A stretch of DNA of 26,335 bases from a bacterium (lineage in GTDB: Bacteria > UBA8248): NCBI GenBank assembly GCA_965213685.1, contig CBDBZY010000063.1:1-26335 (forward strand). The letters run 5' to 3'. Below the pieces are notes generated by a model. The model ran no database searches and was not told the origin of the DNA. It was given only the letters and a program-made list of their open reading frames with translations. Of the stretch, positions 22,769-26,335 are shown one piece after another (the stretch's first letter is position 1; each line of letters starts with the position of its first letter). The position numbers were made by a program, and so were the translations under genes.

Positions 22769-23946
22769 GCGTTGTCCTCATTGACGATCGCGTTGCCATC
22801 CAACGTGTACGCGCTGAAATGCTCGTTCTCCAAGTCCCGGTAGAACCCGCGCAGTTTCTTCCATTTGATCACGGCCAAAGCGGCGTTCAGCGCGTTCAAC
22901 TCGGCAATCTGAATGTTCTGGGAATACACGCCGTCCGCATCGCCACCGGACAGCCCGATTCGTTTCTTGTCCCGCACGTGGTCGCGTTTGTCTGGTGTGC
23001 TGGCAGTTACCCGCACGACGCCCTGGAGCCGGTTATCGACGAGTTCGAGTCCCATCCCTACGTCGATGAACGGGATATCGAGTTCCTCTAACTTTTCGAT
23101 GACGGGCCGTTTCGCCTCGCCTCGGTCCACGCATATGAACGCGAAGTCCATCCCCTCAATAGCGTCCAGATTGCCCTCACCGAGATAGCAGTCATGCTCC
23201 ACAATTCCGCTTCGCATGAGGCTATAGCGGCCGGCATGATGGCGAACCTTTCGCGGACGCGCCTCGAGCTCTTCCTTGGACGGCGCGCCCGGGGAGCGGA
23301 ACGCGTTGTGCTGGAGGAAGTCGTCCCCGTCGAAGACATGGATTTCCCGCACGGGGGTCTTGGCCACCAAATCAAGTATGTACGAGCCCGTCCCGCCCAA
23401 TCCGACGATCGCAACCCGGTCCCGCTCCAGATTGCTTGACAGCGCCGCGATTCCCGCCCGGCTCGAGGCGGTGTCGAGGTATTTGAACACCGCCTTGGGA
23501 TCGTCCGGCTCTATCTCCCGGCGGGGTCGCGCCGTCACGTTTGGATCGATGGCTTCTGCGGGACCCGCGATGATGGCGATATAGGTCGTCATCTTGTGGT
23601 GATAGTCCGTGTACCCATCGGCAGGCTTGCTCGAGAACGAGTGGTCAACCGCCAGACCATCGGAGATCTTCTCCTGAACACTCTTGTGTTTGATCTTCGC
23701 GAGTTCACACCCGTTCCGATCGCAGGGGTACTCACCCGCGAACATGGCTACATGGGTCCTCGGCCGGGTTGTAACGTCTCCCGCCAGATCCAGCGTCGAT
23801 ACCAGGGCGCCCAGCTTCACCTGCCCACTGGAATTGACGTAAGGCACGTGGCGGATGACGAGGTGCCCCGACACGATGGCGACGTCGTACCCTTCATCCG
23901 CCAGCTTCTTGAGGTCGGGCCTACGACTTATCAGTGACTGTGACAT
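22765..23946 (-). CDS. ThiF/E1-like adenylyltransferase with N-terminal E2-like (DUF6791) domain
   Basis: N-term LVIRHVPYVN..GEYPCD..HSFSSKP..YTDYHHKMTTY; ThiF VAIVGLGGTGSYILD, FDGD, FICVD, FIDVGMG, ELNALNAALAV. Confidence 0.88.
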   Translation of the reverse strand: MSQSLISRRPDLKKLADEGYDVAIVSGHLVIRHVPYVNSSGQVKLGALVSTLDLAGDVTTRPRTHVAMFAGEYPCDRNGCELAKIKHKSVQEKISDGLAVDHSFSSKPADGYTDYHHKMTTYIAIIAGPAEAIDPNVTARPRREIEPDDPKAVFKYLDTASSRAGIAALSSNLERDRVAIVGLGGTGSYILDLVAKTPVREIHVFDGDDFLQHNAFRSPGAPSKEELEARPRKVRHHAGRYSLMRSGIVEHDCYLGEGNLDAIEGMDFAFICVDRGEAKRPVIEKLEELDIPFIDVGMGLELVDNRLQGVVRVTASTPDKRDHVRDKKRIGLSGGDADGVYSQNIQIAELNALNAALAVIKWKKLRGFYRDLENEHFSAYTLDGNAIVNEDNA

Positions 23947-24220
23947 TAATAACCGTGCCGTCCCGCAGCTTCACCGCTTCGCCCTCGATCAGAATGCCTT
24001 CCGGCTTGCGGCCACCAGCTTTCCGATAGATGATCGTGAAGCAGATGAACTCGCCGGTGGGCGGGTCTTCGAATGCCAGAGCGACAACCCGGTCGAAAGT
24101 CAGCTCTTCGTCCTCGACCGTTTTTTCCCGGCCGTTGACGACGATTGAAAAACCCTTTTCGTTAGGGTGCCCGTGATCCTTGTCGCCATGTTCGGGATTA
24201 TGCTCACGATCGCGCTTCAT
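23921..24220 (-). CDS. Ubiquitin-like (multiubiquitin-domain, beta-grasp) protein
   Basis: His-rich disordered N-term, then FSIVVNGREKTV..LTFDRVVALAF..TIIY..GILIEGEAVKLRDGTVINVTVTDKS; AGGGAG RBS. Confidence 0.82.
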   Translation of the reverse strand: MKRDREHNPEHGDKDHGHPNEKGFSIVVNGREKTVEDEELTFDRVVALAFEDPPTGEFICFTIIYRKAGGRKPEGILIEGEAVKLRDGTVINVTVTDKS

Positions 24221-24236
24221 GCGATGGACTCCCTTC

Positions 24237-24470
24237 TCAGCCCTTGGGCGGATAGGGGTCGCCGCCGTGGCTGTCGCTGCCGGCGATCCGTCCGTCCCTG
24301 TTGTGAATGCGAAGCTCGGTTCCCTGGTTACGGCTCACCGCGCGGCCTCTGTCGATGGCCGCCTGCTTCGTCGCGTGGTGGCTACTGGCGCGCCGCGCGC
24401 CGCCGCGTTTGACGTCCCAGCCCCCGCCCGGGTTCCGAACGATATGGTGGGTTTTGGGTCCCTTTCCCAT
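24237..24470 (-). CDS. DUF2188 domain protein
   Basis: HHIVRNPGGGWDVKRGGARRAS..TKQAAIDRGR..ELRIHNRDGRI..DSHGGDPYPPKG; AAGGAG RBS. Confidence 0.88.
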   Translation of the reverse strand: MGKGPKTHHIVRNPGGGWDVKRGGARRASSHHATKQAAIDRGRAVSRNQGTELRIHNRDGRIAGSDSHGGDPYPPKG

Positions 24471-24500
24471 GGTCAATCTCCTTGTAGTCAAGCGTTGCGT

Positions 24501-24537
24501 ATTGTACAGTTTGACGAATTCGTCGTGGCCTCGGCCA
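24501..24537. promoter_or_regulatory. Divergent control region with candidate operator palindromes
   Basis: Minus-strand TACAAT at 24501-24506; perfect palindrome GACGAATTCGTC at 24513-24524; TGGCC-TC-GGCCA at 24526-24537. Confidence 0.5.
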
Positions 24538-24596
24538 AGAAAATGCCCGCTGCACGGCCGTGCCGAAATCGTTATAGAGGAGTATACGATTTCGTG

Positions 24597-24959
24597 ATGG
24601 ACGAGTCAAGTACGCCAACAGAGCTGTTTCCGCAGAGGCTGCGAACCGCACGAATGGCGCGCAATCTGAGCCAGAGCGAGCTTGCCCGGCGGGCGGACCT
24701 ACAAGCATCTGCAGTTTCCCAGTTTGAAACGGGCACTCGCAAGCCTTCTTTCGACAATCTCAAGCGCTTGGCCGACGCTCTGCGAGTGACAACCGACTAT
24801 CTGCTCGGCCGCTCCGGTCTGATGGATGCCGCAGCCGCCACCGTCGACAAGCTCCATCGGCACTATTCCGGCCTCTCGGCCGAGTATCAGGAGATGGCCG
24901 ACGATTTCGTCCAGATGTTGGCCGAGAAAGCCAGGCGGAAGGCGAGGGAGGGCGAGTAG
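24597..24959 (+). CDS. XRE-family HTH transcriptional regulator (CapH/ImmR-like)
   Basis: RLRTARMARNLSQSELARRADLQASAVSQFETGTRKPSFDNLKRLADALRVTTDYLLGR; AGAGGAG RBS (start could be GTG 24594). Confidence 0.92.
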   Translation: MDESSTPTELFPQRLRTARMARNLSQSELARRADLQASAVSQFETGTRKPSFDNLKRLADALRVTTDYLLGRSGLMDAAAATVDKLHRHYSGLSAEYQEMADDFVQMLAEKARRKAREGE

Positions 24960-25836
24960 GTGGGGCGACCCCGAGATCAATTTTTCAAAGTGCGTCAAGA
25001 GGCGGAACAGCTCCTCCGGGAACTCCGGATCGACGCTCTGCCGATCGATCCATTTGCGATTGCGCATCAACTCGACATCGAACTGAAGCCGCTCCCCGCT
25101 TCCGCTGGCGGGGCCTCAGGCATGCTGCTCCACGTAGACGGCGTATTCGGCATTGGATATCCGACCCACATCAACAATCAGGGCTTCAGGAGATTCTCCG
25201 TGGCCCATGAGATTGGGCACTACAGGTTGCCCGGACACATCGATGCCGTCTTGGATGACCGGGACCAGCATTTTTCCAAAGCCGGGTTTCGCAGCACCGA
25301 TCGCTACGAGCAGGAGGCGGACCAATTCGCCTCGGCATTGCTCATGCCTGCCAAGCTTTTCGCTGCTGCCGCAGGTTGCGCCGGCGATGGTCTCCAGGCG
25401 ATCGAGACGCTCCAAGCGACATGCGAAACGTCTCTTGAGGCTACGGCCATCCGATACGCACAAACCAGCCGTGAGCCCGTGGCGGTAATCCGAAGCAGCG
25501 GCAGCATTATCGACTACGCGGTCATGTCGAACCCTTTGAGGGATTTCCCGGGGCTCGCCTGGATTCGAAAGGGCACGCCATTGCCCTCCGCCAGCGCGAC
25601 CGCTCAGTTCAACGCCGATGTGGAGAACATCGTCCGAGGTCGGCGCGCCGAAGGTCAAAGTTGCCTTCGGGACTGGTTTCAACGGGCTGCGTCGACAGGA
25701 GATTGTGGAAGAAATCGTCGGACTGGGCAGCTACGGCAAGGTTCTGACCGTGCTTACCGGGATGGAACCTCCCGACGAGTTTGAGGACGAAGAAACCGAC
25801 TTAGAAGAGTCGTGGGAAGTGCGCTTTCGTCGATGA
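24960..25836 (+). pseudogene. ImmA/IrrE-family metallopeptidase (CapP-like), +1 frameshift near the C-terminus (or sequencing error)
   Basis: LPIDPFAIA, RRFSVAHEIGH (HExxH), EQEADQFASALLMP, SLEATAIRY; removing one T at 25677-25679 gives DWFNGLRRQEIVEE...VRFRR, 291 aa. Confidence 0.88.
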
Positions 25837-26002
25837 TTCGGCCCTGTCTACCCGCCGTTCCCACCCGTCGATTCGGAATCGGAACCCCACCCGAAAGCGA
25901 TCGTCCTCGCCTGCCGCTGTTGGAGCAGCACGCACCAATTGTCAAACTGCGCGACGCGCGCGACAGCCGGGGACTCCGTTGCGGACAATACACTACGTTT
26001 GT

Positions 26003-26182
26003 GTCGAGAAGGATGCGCAGGCAGCGGTCCATCAGACGGATTAGGGCGGCGCGGCCAGAGGTCGTCCGCGGTGCTTCGCGCCCGCGCGTCATCTCGCTTC
26101 CTTCTGGTGCACCGCTCGGCTCGAAGATGACGATCTTGACGTCGGCCGGGCAGCGCAATGCCGCCTCGGTGCGCCCGCGCGC
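26003..26182 (-). pseudogene. Fragment resembling DarG (macro-domain antitoxin) linker region
   Basis: RGRTEAALRCPADVKIVIFEPSGAPEGSEMTRGREAPRTTSGRAALIRLMDRCLRILLD, recalled as similar to the end of the macro domain and start of the DarG C-terminal domain. Confidence 0.5.
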
Positions 26183-26213
26183 TTTCTTTTGTTGACGATG
26201 GGACTGTCTCGGG

Positions 26214-26254
26214 CCGAGGGACCCTCGCGGGGTTGGCATGGCGCGGGGCGGGTG
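26214..26254 (+). repeat. Right copy of island-flanking direct repeat
   Basis: CCGAGGGACCCTCGCGGGGTTGGCATGGCGCGGGGCGGGTG. Confidence 0.85.
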
Positions 26255-26261
26255 CTAGAAT
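26233..26261 (+). promoter_or_regulatory. sigma70 promoter overlapping the right repeat, pointing out of the window
   Basis: TTGGCA-N17-TAGAAT with TGn extended -10. Confidence 0.6.
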
Positions 26262-26335
26262 CCGGCCGTCGCTTCAGGTGGGCTCATCCGTTCTCGGCTG
26301 TTTTCTCAGGTTCCGGAGATTCGTTTTGGCGCAAC

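Noticed and set aside
22331-25836. Calling the E1/E2 locus CBASS
   Set aside because: No CD-NTase, JAB or cyclic-nucleotide effector gene; a stand-alone Ubl is present instead.
25985-26020. LRILLDTNVVY resembling a PIN toxin start
   Set aside because: No start codon or RBS and no continuing PIN sequence; it adjoins the DarG-like fragment.

Overview
High-GC bacterial chromosomal window with two parts. (1) About 1-12.9 kb is core/metabolic: a partial CoA-transferase, rsmI, an MFS transporter, an HDAC-family deacetylase, a frameshifted CoA-transferase, a Tim44-domain protein, an LLM oxidoreductase, DUF1015, yihA/engB, endonuclease IV and an MmgE/PrpD protein. It ends in a translationally coupled two-gene unit that the ORF track truncates. 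Both genes have an in-frame TGA at a Cys-motif position followed by a SECIS-like hairpin: a glutaredoxin with UxxC and a tandem LysW-like zinc-ribbon protein with CxxU, both candidate selenoproteins. (2) About 12.9-26.25 kb is an integrase-less defence island bounded by a ~41-44 bp direct repeat. It carries a type I R-M operon (hsdM interrupted at a G14 tract; HEPN-like, XRE-ImmA and DUF4411/PIN cargo between hsdS and hsdR). It also carries a ubiquitination-like operon (DUF2188, a Ubl without C-terminal Gly, an E2-E1/ThiF fusion, DUF6527) facing a divergent XRE + ImmA/IrrE regulator pair. Short apparent scars of a relaxase, DarG and an EcoRII-like nuclease are also present. Family calls come from motif recognition by eye, not database searches.
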